This document shows, one piece after another, positions 37,201-52,200 of a DNA stretch of 64,000 nucleotides. Each line of letters starts with the position of its first letter. Within the stretch, counting starts at the first letter, position 1. The notes under the pieces were generated by a model, which was not told where the DNA came from, did not search any database, and saw nothing but the letters and a program-made list of their open reading frames with translations. The translations under genes were made by a program, and so were the position numbers. The stretch lies in NCBI GenBank assembly GCA_964036045.1, contig OZ038379.1:1736001-1800000 (forward strand), given 5' to 3'. Source of the DNA: Eutreptiella sp. 'Long Island Sound 2002'. Lineage: Eukaryota; Protista; Euglenida.

Positions 37201-40200
37201 AGAGATGATCAGATGAACCAAAGAGTCTACACCAACACACAATGGGCAGGCTTTGGGCAAGGCAGGGTTCATCAGGTGGTGAAACGTAGTTGATGCCTTT
37301 GTTTGGCATTTTGCACGCTGATGGATTTGCAAATCAGGTTGCCAGTGCATGCGCAACCCCCCCCCACCCCCCTCCAAATCGCCAGGAAATCTCAATACAT
37401 CGGTGCAACAAATCATCGGACCGATTTTCTGACAAAACAGCTTCCCACTGACTTGGATCACGGTTTCAGGCCCCAAACGCACCTTCCTTTTGGTTGTTTG
37501 GCAATTAGAGTCATGTGGAAACCCAAAGTGCCTTTCAACTTTCGAAAAAAAATTCACCCTTTGGTCTGTACATGGTCCTTGAACAGTTGCATATCTGGCA
37601 CAGTCAGTACCCTGTGGTCAGTGCACTAGTGCCGCAGTTGAATGCTGCGGGTTAAAAGGGGGGGCACCAACAAAGGCTGCCGATGTGCTGCTGTGGAATC
37701 CAGAATCGCTTTGTTATCACACGAAAAAATCACTCGAAAAAAATCACTCGAAAAAAATCACTCGAAACAGCGAAGTTGAGACACCGAGTGGCATGCAGGG
37801 AGCAGAGCTGTTGCTGGCGGACAAGATGTGCATGTCCTCTGCCACGTCAACCCTGTGCACAGAATGTGCAGGCACTTCCCCCATGTATCACAGGACATCT
37901 GTCCTGCCCCCTCCTCCGGGGCTGGGCGACCGACCAAAGAACCGGCTGTGGTGGTGCATGGGGCAGGGGTTGGGGGACTGACCGAAGAACCGGCGGTGGT
38001 GGTGCATCAGGCGGGGCTGGGCAACCGACTTTAGCTGTGGAGAACAGCTATGCTGTGTACCATGGGGGGGACAATCCAGTCATGGTTTTGCCTGTGCCCC
38101 CCCAGCCCCCCCTGTGCAATGAACTGTGACAGCACACGACACATACCAAAGTCCAGGCACTCCACCCCTGACCATACAAGAATCGACACTGCACTCACCT
38201 CAAAAGCAAAGATTTATATCCCCGCAACACACAAAAATGCTATAGAGATTTGCATTCTTGATACAGCCACTCTCCACAAGTGTGGAAGATACACCCAGAG
38301 ATGATCAGATGAACCAAAGAGTCTACACCAACACACAATGGGCAGGCTTTGGGCAAGGCAGGGTCCATCAGGTGGTGAAACGTAGTTGATGCCTTTGTTT
38401 GGCATTTTGCACGCTGATGGATTTGCAAATCAGGTTGCCAGTGCATGCGCAACCCCCCCCCCCTCCAAATCGCCAGGAAATCTCAATACATCGGTGCAAC
38501 AAATCATCGGACCGATTTTCTGACAAAACAGCTTCCCACTGACTTGGATCACGGTTTCAGGCCCCAAACGCACCTTCCTTTTGGTTGTTTGGCAATTAGA
38601 GTCATGTGGAAACCCAAAGTGCCTTTCAACTTTCGAAAAAAAATTCACCCTTCGGTCTGTACATGGTCCTTGAACAGTTGCATATCTAGCACAGTCAGTA
38701 CCCTGTGGTCAGTGCACTAGTGCCGCAGTTGAATGCTGCGGGTTAAAAGGGGGGGCACCAACAAAGGCTACCGATGTGCTGCTGTGGAATCCAGAATCGC
38801 TTTGTTATCACTCGAAAAAAATCACTCGAAACAGCGAAGTTGAGACACCGAGTGGCATGCAGGGAGCAGAGCTGTCGCTGGCGGACAAGATGTGCATGTC
38901 CTCTGCCACGTCAACCCTGTGCACAGAATGTGCAGGCACTTCCCCCATGTATCACAGGACATCTGTCCTGCCCCCTCCTCCGGGGCTGGGCGACCGACCA
39001 AAGAACCGGCTGTGGTGGTGCATGGGGCAGGGGTTGGGGGACTGACCGAAGAACCGGCGGTGGTGGTGCATCAGGCGGGGCTGGGCAACCGACTTTAGCT
39101 GTGGAGAACAGCTATGCTGTGTACCATGGGGGGGACAATCCAGTCATGGTTTTGCCTGTGCCCCCCCAGCCCCCCCTGTACAATGAACTGTGACAGCACA
39201 CGACACATACCAAAGTCCAGGCACTCCACCCCTGACCATACAAGAATCGACACTGCACTCACCTCAAAAGCAAAGATTTATATCCCCGCAACACACAAAA
39301 ATGCTATAGAGATTTGCATTCTTGATACAGCCACTCTCCACAAGTGTGGAAGATACACCCAGAGATGATCAGATGAACCAAAGAGTCTACACCAACACAC
39401 AATGGGCAGGCTTTGGGCAAGGCAGGGTTCATCAGGTGGTGAAACGTAGTTGATGCCTTTGTTTGGCATTTTGCACGCTGATGGATTTGCAAATCAGGTT
39501 GCCAGTGCATGCGCAACCCCCCCCCCCCCCTCCAAATCGCCAGGAAATCTCAATACATCGGTGCAACAAATCATCGGACCGATTTTCTGACAAAACAGCT
39601 TCCCACTGACTTGGATCACGGTTTCAGGCCCCAAACGCACCTTCCTTTTGGTTGTTTGGCAATTAGAGTCATGTGGAAACCCAAAGTGCCTTTCAACTTT
39701 CGAAAAAAAATTCACCCTTTGGTCTGTACATGGTCCTTGAACAGTTGCATATCTGGCACAGTCAGTACCCTGTGGTCAGTGCACTAGTGCCGCAGTTGAA
39801 TGCTGCGGGTTAAAAGGGGGGGCACCAACAAAGGCTGCCGATGTGCTGCTGTGGAATCCAGAATCGCTTTGTTATCACTCGAAAAAATCACTCGAAAAAA
39901 ATCACTCGAAAAAAATCACTCGAAACAGCGAAGTTGAGACACCGAGTGGCATGCAGGGAGCAGAGCTGTCGCTGGCGGACAAGATGTGCATGTCCTCTGC
40001 CACGTCAACCCTGTGCACAGAATGTGCAGGCACTTCCCCCATGTATCACAGGACATCTGTCCTGCCCCCTCCTCCGGGGCTGGGCGACCGACCAAAGAAC
40101 CGGCTGTGGTGGTGCATGGGGCAGGGGTTGGGGGACTGACCGAAGAACCGGCGGTGGTGGTGCATCAGGCGGGGCTGGGCAACCGACTTTAGCTGTGGAG

Positions 40201-43200
40201 AACAGCTATGCTGTGTACCATGGGGGGGACAACCCAGTCATGGTTTTGCCTGTGCCCCCCCAGCCCCCCCTGTGCAATGAACTGTGACAGCACACGACAC
40301 ATACCAAAGTCCAGGCACTCCACCCCTGACCATACAAGAATCGACACTGCGGTCACCTCAAAAGCAAAGATTTATATCCCCGCAACACACAAAAATGCTA
40401 TAGAGATTTGCATTCTTGATACAGCCACTCTCCACAAGTGTGGAAGATACACCCAGAGATGATCAGATGAACCAAAGAGTCTACACCAACACACAATGGG
40501 CAGGCTTTGGGCAAGGCAGGGTTCATCAGGTGGTGAAACGTAGTTGATGCCTTTGTTTGGCATTTTGCACGCTGATGGATTTGCAAATCAGGTTGCCAGT
40601 GCATGCGCAACCCCCCCCCCCTCCAAATCGCCAGGAAATCTCAATACATCGGTGCAACAAATCATCGGACCGATTTTCTGACAAAACAGCTTCCCACTGA
40701 CTTGGATCACGGTTTCAGGCCCCAAACGCACCTTCCTTTTGGTTGTTTGGCAATTAGAGTCATGTGGAAACCCAAAGTGCCTTTCAACTTTCGAAAAAAA
40801 ATTCACCCTTTGGTCTGTACATGGTCCTTGAACAGTTGCATATCTGGCACAGTCAGTACCCTGTGGTCAGTGCACTAGTGCCGCAGTTGAATGCTGCGGG
40901 TTAAAAGGGGGGGCACCAACAAAGGCTGCCGATGTGCTGCTGTGGAATCCAGAATCGCTTTGTTATCACTCGAAAAAATCACTCGAAAAAAATCACTCGA
41001 AAAAAATCACTCGAAACAGCGAAGTTGAGACACCGAGTGGCATGCAGGGAGCAGAGGTGTCGCTGGCGGACAAGATGTGCATGTCCTCTGCCACGTCAAC
41101 CCTGTGCACAGAATGTGCAGGCACTTCCCCCATGTATCACAGGACATCTGTCCTGCCCACTCCTCCGGGGCTGGGCGACCGACCAAAGAACCGGCTGTGG
41201 TGGTGCATGGGGCAGGGGTTGGGGGACTGACCGAAGAACCGGCGGTGGTGGTGCATCAGGCGGGGCTGGGCAACCGACTTTAGCTGTGGAGAACAGCTAT
41301 GCTGTGTACCATGGGGGGGACAATCCAGTCATGGTTTTGCCTGTGCCCCCCCAGCCCCCCCTGTACAATGAACTGTGACAGCACACGACACATACCAAAG
41401 TCCAGGCACTCCACCCCTGACCATACAAGAATCGACACTGCGGTCACCTCAAAAGCAAAGATTTATATCCCCGCAACACACAAAAATGCTATAGAGATTT
41501 GCATTCTTGATACAGCCACTCTCCACAAGTGTGGAAGATACACCCAGAGATGATCAGATGAACCAAAGAGTCTACACCAACACACAATGGGCAGGCTTTG
41601 GGCAAGGCAGGGTTCATCAGGTGGTGAAACGTAGTTGATGCCTTTGTTTGGCATTTTGCACGCTGATGGATTTGCAAATCAGGTTGCCAGTGCATGCGCA
41701 ACCCCCCCCCCCTCCAAATCGCCATGAAATCTCAATACATCGGTGCAACAAATCATCGGACCGATTTTCTGACAAAACAGCTTCCCACTGACTTGGATCA
41801 CGGTTTCAGGCCCCAAACGCACCTTCCTTTTGGTTGTTTGGCAATTAGAGTCATGTGGAAACCCAAAGTGCCTTTCAACTTTCGAAAAAAAATTCACCCT
41901 TCGGTCTGTACATGGTCCTTGAACAGTTGCATATCTGGCACAGTCAGTACCCTGTGGTCAGTGCACTAGTGCCGCAGTTGAATGCTGCGGGTTAAAAGGG
42001 GGGGCACCAACAAAGGCTGCCGATGTGCTGCTGTGGAATCCAGAATCGCTTTGTTATCACTCGAAAAAATCACTCGAAAAAAATCACTCGAAAAAAATCA
42101 CTCGAAACAGCGAAGTTGAGACACCGAGTGGCATGCAGGGAGCAGAGCTGTCGCTGGCGGACAAGATGTGCATGTCCTCTGCCACGTCAACCCTGTGCAC
42201 AGAATGTGCAGGCACTTCCCCCATGTATCACAGGACATCTGTCCTGCCCCCTCCTCCGGGGCTGGGCGACCGACCAAAGAACCGGCTGTGGTGGTGCATG
42301 GGGCAGGGGTTGGGGGACTGACCGAAGAACCGGCGGTGGTGGTGCATCAGGCGGGGCTGGGCAACCGACTTTAGCTGTGGAGAACAGCTATGCTGTGTAC
42401 CATGGGGGGGACAATCCAGTCATGGTTTTGCCTGTGCCCCCCCAGCCCCCCCTGTGCAATGAACTGTGACAGCACACGACACATACCAAAGTCCAGGCAC
42501 TCCACCCCTGACCATACAAGAATCGACACTGCACTCACCTCAAAAGCAAAGATTTATATCCCCGCAACACACAAAAATGGTATAGAGATTTGCATTCTTG
42601 ATACAGCCACTCTCCACAAGTGTGGAAGATACACCCAGAGATGATCAGATGAACCAAAGAGTCTACACCAACACACAATGGGCAGGCTTTGGGCAAGGCA
42701 GGGTTCATCAGGTGGTGAAACGTAGTTGATGCCTTTGTTTGGCATTTTGCACGCTGATGGATTTGCAAATCAGGTTGCCAGTGCATGCGCAACCCCCCCC
42801 CCCCCCTCCAAATCGCCAGGAAATCTCAATACATCGGTGCAACAAATCATCGGACCGATTTTCTGACAAAACAGCTTCCCACTGACTTGGATCACGGTTT
42901 CAGGCCCCAAACGCACCTTCCTTTTGGTTGTTTGGCAATTAGAGTCATGTGGAAACCCAAAGTGCCTTTCAACTTTCGAAAAAAAATTCACCCTTCGGTC
43001 TGTACATGGTCCTTGAACAGTTGCATATCTGGCACAGTCAGTACCCTGTGGTCAGTGCACTAGTGCCGCAGTTGAATGCTGCGGGTTAAAAGGGGGGGCA
43101 CCAACAAAGGCTGCCGATGTGCTGCTGTGGAATCCAGAATCGCTTTGTTATCACTCGAAAAAATCACTCGAAAAAAATCACTCGAAAAAAATCACTCGAA

Positions 43201-46200
43201 ACAGCGAAGTTGAGACACCGAGTGGCATGCAGGGAGCAGAGGTGTCGCTGGCGGACAAGATGTGCATGTCCTCTGCCACGTCAACCCTGTGCACAGAATG
43301 TGCAGGCACTTCCCCCATGTATCACAGGACATCTGTCCTGCCCACTCCTCCGGGGCTGGGCGACCGACCAAAGAACCGGCTGTGGTGGTGCATGGGGCAG
43401 GGGTTGGGGGACTGACCGAAGAACCGGCGGTGGTGGTGCATCAGGCGGGGCTGGGCAACCGACTTTAGCTGTGGAGAACAGCTATGCTGTGTACCATGGG
43501 GGGGACAATCCAGTCATGGTTTTGCCTGTGCCCCCCCAGCCCCCCCTGTACAATGAACTGTGACAGCACACGACACATACCAAAGTCCAGGCACTCCACC
43601 CCTGACCATACAAGAATCGACACTGCGGTCACCTCAAAAGCAAAGATTTATATCCCCGCAACACACAAAAATGCTATAGAGATTTGCATTCTTGATACAG
43701 CCACTCTCCACAAGTGTGGAAGATACACCCAGAGATGATCAGATGAACCAAAGAGTCTACACCAACACACAATGGGCAGGCTTTGGGCAAGGCAGGGTTC
43801 ATCAGGTGGTGAAACGTAGTTGATGCCTTTGTTTGGCATTTTGCACGCTGATGGATTTGCAAATCAGGTTGCCAGTGCATGCGCAACCCCCCCCCCCTCC
43901 AAATCGCCATGAAATCTCAATACATCGGTGCAACAAATCATCGGACCGATTTTCTGACAAAACAGCTTCCCACTGACTTGGATCACGGTTTCAGGCCCCA
44001 AACGCACCTTCCTTTTGGTTGTTTGGCAATTAGAGTCATGTGGAAACCCAAAGTGCCTTTCAACTTTCGAAAAAAAATTCACCCTTCGGTCTGTACATGG
44101 TCCTTGAACAGTTGCATATCTGGCACAGTCAGTACCCTGTGGTCAGTGCACTAGTGCCGCAGTTGAATGCTGCGGGTTAAAAGGGGGGGCACCAACAAAG
44201 GCTGCCGATGTGCTGCTGTGGAATCCAGAATCGCTTTGTTATCACTCGAAAAAATCACTCGAAAAAAATCACTCGAAAAAAATCACTCGAAACAGCGAAG
44301 TTGAGACACCGAGTGGCATGCAGGGAGCAGAGCTGTCGCTGGCGGACAAGATGTGCATGTCCTCTGCCACGTCAACCCTGTGCACAGAATGTGCAGGCAC
44401 TTCCCCCATGTATCACAGGACATCTGTCCTGCCCCCTCCTCCGGGGCTGGGCGACCGACCAAAGAACCGGCTGTGGTGGTGCATGGGGCAGGGGTTGGGG
44501 GACTGACCGAAGAACCGGCGGTGGTGGTGCATCAGGCGGGGCTGGGCAACCGACTTTAGCTGTGGAGAACAGCTATGCTGTGTACCATGGGGGGGACAAT
44601 CCAGTCATGGTTTTGCCTGTGCCCCCCCAGCCCCCCCTGTGCAATGAACTGTGACAGCACACGACACATACCAAAGTCCAGGCACTCCACCCCTGACCAT
44701 ACAAGAATCGACACTGCACTCACCTCAAAAGCAAAGATTTATATCCCCGCAACACACAAAAATGGTATAGAGATTTGCATTCTTGATACAGCCACTCTCC
44801 ACAAGTGTGGAAGATACACCCAGAGATGATCAGATGAACCAAAGAGTCTACACCAACACACAATGGGCAGGCTTTGGGCAAGGCAGGGTTCATCAGGTGG
44901 TGAAACGTAGTTGATGCCTTTGTTTGGCATTTTGCACGCTGATGGATTTGCAAATCAGGTTGCCAGTGCATGCGCAACCCCCCCCCCCCCCCCCTCCAAA
45001 TCGCCAGGAAATCTCAATACATCGGTGCAACAAATCATCGGACCGATTTTCTGACAAAACAGCTTCCCACTGACTTGGATCACGGTTTCAGGCCCCAAAC
45101 GCACCTTCCTTTTGGTTGTTTGGCAATTAGAGTCATGTGGAAACCCAAAGTGCCTTTCAACTTTCGAAAAAAAATTCACCCTTCGGTCTGTACATGGTCC
45201 TTGAACAGTTGCATATCTGGCACAGTCAGTACCCTGTGGTCAGTGCACTAGTGCCGCAGTTGAATGCTGCGGGTTAAAAGGGGGGGCACCAACAAAGGCT
45301 GCCGATGTGCTGCTGTGGAATCCAGAATCGCTTTGTTATCACTCGAAAAAATCACTCGAAAAAAATCACTCGAAAAAAATCACTCGAAACAGCGAAGTTG
45401 AGACACCGAGTGGCATGCAGGGAGCAGAGCTGTCGCTGGCGGACAAGATGTGCATGTCCTCTGCCACGTCAACCCTGTGCACAGAATGTGCAGGCACTTC
45501 CCCCATGTATCACAGGACATCTGTCCTGCCCCCTCCTCCGGGGCTGGGCGACCGACCAAAGAACCGGCTGTGGTGGTGCATGGGGCAGGGGTTGGGGGAC
45601 TGACCGAAGAACCGGCGGTGGTGGTGCATCAGGCGGGGCTGGGCAACCGACTTTAGCTGTGGAGAACAGCTATGCTGTGTACCATGGGGGGGACAATCCA
45701 GTCATGGTTTTGCCTGTGCCCCCCCAGCCCCCCCTGTGCAATGAACTGTGACAGCACACGACACATACCAAAGTCCAGGCACTCCACCCCTGACCATACA
45801 AGAATCGACACTGCGGTCACCTCAAAAGCAAAGATTTATATCCCCGCAACACACAAAAATGCTATAGAGATTTGCATTCTTGATACAGCCACTCTCCACA
45901 AGTGTGGAAGATACACCCAGAGATGATCAGATGAACCAAAGAGTCTACACCAACACACAATGGGCAGGCTTTGGGCAAGGCAGGGTTCATCAGGTGGTGA
46001 AACGTAGTTGATGCCTTTGTTTGGCATTTTGCACGCTGATGGATTTGCAAATCAGGTTGCCAGTGCATGCGCAACCCCCCCCCCCCTCCAAATCGCCATG
46101 AAATCTCAATACATCGGTGCAACAAATCATCGGACCGATTTTCTGACAAAACAGCTTCCCACTGACTTGGATCACGGTTTCAGGCCCCAAACGCACCTTC

Positions 46201-49200
46201 CTTTTGGTTGTTTGGCAATTAGAGTCATGTGGAAACCCAAAGTGCCTTTCAACTTTCGAAAAAAAATTCACCCTTCGGTCTGTACATGGTCCTTGAACAG
46301 TTGCATATCTGGCACAGTCAGTACCCTGTGGTCAGTGCACTAGTGCCGCAGTTGAATGCTGCGGGTTAAAAGGGGGGGCACCAACAAAGGCTGCCGATGT
46401 GCTGCTGTGGAATCCAGAATCGCTTTGTTATCACTCGAAAAAATCACTCGAAAAAAATCACTCGAAAAAAATCACTCGAAACAGCGAAGTTGAGACACCG
46501 AGTGGCATGCAGGGAGCAGAGCTGTCGCTGGCGGACAAGATGTGCATGTCCTCTGCCACGTCAACCCTGTGCACAGAATGTGCAGGCACTTCCCCCATGT
46601 ATCACAGGACATCTGTCCTGCCCCCTCCTCCGGGGCTGGGCGACCGACCAAAGAACCGGCTGTGGTGGTGCATGGGGCAGGGGTTGGGGGACTGACCGAA
46701 GAACCGGCGGTGGTGGTGCATCAGGCGGGGCTGGGCAACCGACTTTAGCTGTGGAGAACAGCTATGCTGTGTACCATGGGGGGGACAATCCAGTCATGGT
46801 TTTGCCTGTGCCCCCCCAGCCCCCCCTGTGCAATGAACTGTGACAGCACACGACACATACCAAAGTCCAGGCACTCCACCCCTGACCATACAAGAATCGA
46901 CACTGCACTCACCTCAAAAGCAAAGATTTATATCCCCGCAACACACAAAAATGGTATAGAGATTTGCATTCTTGATACAGCCACTCTCCACAAGTGTGGA
47001 AGATACACCCAGAGATGATCAGATGAACCAAAGAGTCTACACCAACACACAATGGGCAGGCTTTGGGCAAGGCAGGGTTCATCAGGTGGTGAAACGTAGT
47101 TGATGCCTTTGTTTGGCATTTTGCACGCTGATGGATTTGCAAATCAGGTTGCCAGTGCATGCGCAACCCCCCCCCCCCCCCCCTCCAAATCGCCAGGAAA
47201 TCTCAATACATCGGTGCAACAAATCATCGGACCGATTTTCTGACAAAACAGCTTCCCACTGACTTGGATCACGGTTTCAGGCCCCAAACGCACCTTCCTT
47301 TTGGTTGTTTGGCAATTAGAGTCATGTGGAAACCCAAAGTGCCTTTCAACTTTCGAAAAAAAATTCACCCTTTGGTCTGTACATGGTCCTTGAACAGTTG
47401 CATATCTGGCACAGTCAGTACCCTGTGGTCAGTGCACTAGTGCCGCAGTTGAATGCTGCGGGTTAAAAGGGGGGGCACCAACAAAGGCTGCCGATGTGCT
47501 GCTGTGGAATCCAGAATCGCTTTGTTATCACTCGAAAAAATCACTCGAAAAAAATCACTCGAAAAAAATCACTCGAAACAGCGAAGTTGAGACACCGAGT
47601 GGCATGCAGGGAGCAGAGCTGTCGCTGGCGGACAAGATGTGCATGTCCTCTGCCACGTCAACCCTGTGCACAGAATGTGCAGGCACTTCCCCCATGTATC
47701 ACAGGACATCTGTCCTGCCCCCTCCTCCGGGGCTGGGCGACCGACCAAAGAACCGGCTGTGGTGGTGCATGGGGCAGGGGTTGGGGGACTGACCGAAGAA
47801 CCGGCGGTGGTGGTGCATCAGGCGGGGCTGGGCAACCGACTTTAGCTTAGCTGTGGAGAACAGCTATGCTGTGTACCATGGGGGGGACAATCCAGTCATG
47901 GTTTTGCCTGTGCCCCCCCAGCCCCCCCTGTGCAATGAACTGTGACAGCACACGACACATACCAAAGTCCAGGCACTCCACCCCTGACCATACAAGAATC
48001 GACACTGCGGTCACCTCAAAAGCAAAGATTTATATCCCCGCAACACACAAAAATGCTATAGAGATTTGCATTCTTGATACAGCCACTCTCCACAAGTGTG
48101 GAAGATACACCCAGAGATGATCAGATGAACCAAAGAGTCTACACCAACACACAATGGGCAGGCTTTGGGCAAGGCAGGGTTCATCAGGTGGTGAAACGTA
48201 GTTGATGCCTTTGTTTGGCATTTTGCACGCTGATGGATTTGCAAATCAGGTTGCCAGTGCATGCGCAACCCCCCCCCCCCCTCCAAATCGCCAGGAAATC
48301 TCAATACATCGGTGCAACAAATCATCGGACCGATTTTCTGACAAAACAGCTTCCCACTGACTTGGATCACGGTTTCAGGCCCCAAACGCACCTTCCTTTT
48401 GGTTGTTTGGCAATTAGAGTCATGTGGAAACCCAAAGTGCCTTTCAACTTTCGAAAAAAATTCACCCTTTGGTCTGTACATGGTCCTTGAACAGTTGCAT
48501 ATCTGGCACAGTCAGTACCCTGTGGTCAGTGCACTAGTGCCGCAGTTGAATGCTGCGGGTTAAAAGGGGGGGCACCAACAAAGGCTGCCGATGTGCTGCT
48601 GTGGAATCCAGAATCGCTTTGTTATCACTCGAAAAAATCACTCGAAAAAAATCACTCGAAAAAAATCACTCGAAACAGCGAAGTTGAGACACCGAGTGGC
48701 ATGCAGGGAGCAGAGCTGTCGCTGGCGGACAAGATGTGCATGTCCTCTGCCACGTCAACCCTGTGCACAGAATGTGCAGGCACTTCCCCCATGTATCACA
48801 GGACATCTGTCCTGCCCCCTCCTCCGGGGCTGGGCGACCGACCAAAGAACCGGCTGTGGTGGTGCATGGGGCAGGGGTTGGGGGACTGACCGAAGAACCG
48901 GCGGTGGTGGTGCATCAGGCGGGGCTGGGCAACCGACTTTAGCTGTGGAGAACAGCTATGCTGTGTACCATGGGGGGGACAATCCAGTCATGGTTTTGCC
49001 TGTGCCCCCCCCAGCCCCCCCTGTACAATGAACTGTGACAGCACACGACACATACCAAAGTCCAGGCACTCCACCCCTGACCATACAAGAATCGACACTG
49101 CGGTCACCTCAAAAGCAAAGATTTATATCCCCGCAACACACAAAAATGCTATAGAGATTTGCATTCTTGATACAGCCACTCTCCACAAGTGTGGAAGATA

Positions 49201-52200
49201 CACCCAGAGATGATCAGATGAACCAAAGAGTCTACACCAACACACAATGGGCAGGCTTTGGGCAAGGCAGGGTTCATCAGGTGGTGAAACGTAGTTGATG
49301 CCTTTGTTTGGCATTTTGCACGCTGATGGATTTGCAAATCAGGTTGCCAGTGCATGCGCAACCCCCCCCCCCCCCCCTCCAAATCGCCAGGAAATCTCAA
49401 TACATCGGTGCAACAAATCATCGGACCGATTTTCTGACAAAACAGCTTCCCACTGACTTGGATCACGGTTTCAGGCCCCAAACGCACCTTCCTTTTGGTT
49501 GTTTGGCAATTAGAGTCATGTGGAAACCCAAAGTGCCTTTCAACTTTCGAAAAAAAATTCACCCTTTGGTCTGTACATGGTCCTTGAACAGTTGCATATC
49601 TGGCACAGTCAGTACCCTGTGGTCAGTGCACTAGTGCCGCAGTTGAATGCTGCGGGTTAAAAGGGGGGGCACCAACAAAGGCTGCCGATGTGCTGCTGTG
49701 GAATCCAGAATCGCTTTGTTATCACTCGAAAAAAATCACTCGAAAAAAATCACTCGAAACAGCGAAGTTGAGACACCGAGTGGCATGCAGGGAGCAGAGC
49801 TGTCGCTGGCGGACAAGATGTGCATGTCCTCTGCCACGTCAACCCTGTGCACAGAATGTGCAGGCACTTCCCCCATGTATCACAGGACATCTGTCCTGCC
49901 CCCTCCTCCGGGGCTGGGCGACCGACCAAAGAACCGGCTGTGGTGGTGCATGGGGCAGGGGTTGGGGGACTGACCGAAGAACCGGCGGTGGTGGTGCATC
50001 AGGCGGGGCTGGGCAACCGACTTTAGCTGTGGAGAACAGCTATGCTGTGTACCATGGGGGGCACAATCCAGTCATGGTTTTGCCTGTGCCCCCCCAGCCC
50101 CCCCTGTGCAATGAACTGTGACAGCACACGACACATACCAAAGTCCAGGCACTCCACCCCTGACCATACAAGAATCGACACTGCACTCACCTCAAAAGCA
50201 AAGATTTATATCCCCGCAACACACAAAAATGCTATAGAGATTTGCATTCTTGATACAGCCACTCTCCACAAGTGTGGAAGATACACCCAGAGATGATCAG
50301 ATGAACCAAAGAGTCTACACCAACACACAATGGGCAGGCTTTGGGCAAGGCAGGGTTCATCAGGTGGTGAAACGTAGTTGATGCCTTTGTTTGGCATTTT
50401 GCACGCTGATGGATTTGCAAATCAGGTTGCCAGTGCATGCGCAACCCCCCCCCCCCTCCAAATCGCCAGGAAATCTCAATACATCGGTGCAACAAATCAT
50501 CGGACCGATTTTCTGACAAAACAGCTTCCCACTGACTTGGATCACGGTTTCAGGCCCCAAACGCACCTTCCTTTTGGTTGTTTGGCAATTAGAGTCATGT
50601 GGAAACCCAAAGTGCCTTTCAACTTTCGAAAAAAATTCACCCTTTGGTCTGTACATGGTCCTTGAACAGTTGCATATCTGGCACAGTCAGTACCCTGTGG
50701 TCAGTGCACTAGTGCCGCAGTTGAATGCTGCGGGTTAAAAGGGGGGGCACCAACAAAGGCTGCCGATGTGCTGCTGTGGAATCCAGAATCGCTTTGTTAT
50801 CACTCGAAAAAATCACTCGAAAAAAATCACTCGAAAAAAATCACTCGAAACAGCGAAGTTGAGACACCGAGTGGCATGCAGGGAGCAGAGGTGTCGCTGG
50901 CGGACAAGATGTGCATGTCCTCTGCCACGTCAACCCTGTGCACAGAATGTGCAGGCACTTCCCCCATGTATCACAGGACATCTGTCCTGCCCCCTCCTCC
51001 GGGGCTGGGCGACCGACCAAAGAACCGGCTGTGGTGGTGCATGGGGCAGGGGTTGGGGGACTGACCGAAGAACCGGCGGTGGTGGTGCATCAGGCGGGGC
51101 TGGGCAACCGACTTTAGCTGTGGAGAACAGCTATGCTGTGTACCATGGGGGGGACAATCCAGTCATGGTTTTGCCTATGCCCCCCCAGCCCCCCCTGTAC
51201 AATGAACTGTGACAGCACACGACACATACCAAAGTCCAGGCACTCCACCCCTGACCATACAAGAATCGACACTGCACTCACCTCAAAAGCAAAGATTTAT
51301 ATCCCCGCAACACACAAAAATGCTATAGAGATTTGCATTCTTGATACAGCCACTCTCCACAAGTGTGGAAGATACACCCAGAGATGATCAGATGAACCAA
51401 AGAGTCTACACCAACACACAATGGGCAGGCTTTGGGCAAGGCAGGGTTCATCAGGTGGTGAAACGTAGTTGATGCCTTTGTTTGGCATTTTGCACGCTGA
51501 TGGATTTGCAAATCAGGTTGCCAGTGCATGCGCAACTCCCCCCCCCTCCAAATCGCCAGGAAATCTCAATACATCGGTGCAACAAATCATCGGACCGATT
51601 TTCTGACAAAACAGCTTCCCACTGACTTGGATCACGGTTTCAGGCCCCAAACGCACCTTCCTTTTGGTTGTTTGGCAATTAGAGTCATGTGGAAACCCAA
51701 AGTGCCTTTCAACTTTCGAAAAAAATTCACCCTTTGGTCTGTACATGGTCCTTGAACAGTTGCATATCTGGCACAGTCAGTACCCTGTGGTCAGTGCACT
51801 AGTGCCGCAGTTGAATGCTGCGGGTTAAAAGGGGGGGCACCAACAAAGGCTGCCGATGTGCTGCTGTGGAATCCAGAATCGCTTTGTTATCACTCGAAAA
51901 AATCACTCGAAAAAAATCACTCGAAAAAAATCACTCGAAACAGCGAAGTTGAGACACCGAGTGGCATGCAGGGAGCAGAGGTGTCGCTGGCGGACAAGAT
52001 GTGCATGTCCTCTGCCACGTCAACCCTGTGCACAGAATGTGCAGGCACTTCCCCCATGTATCACAGGACATCTGTCCTGCCCCCTCCTCCGGGGCTGGGC
52101 GACCGACCAAAGAACCGGCTGTGGTGGTGCATGGGGCAGGGGTTGGGGGACTGACCGAAGAACCGGCGGTGGTGGTGCATCAGGCGGGGCTGGGCAACCG

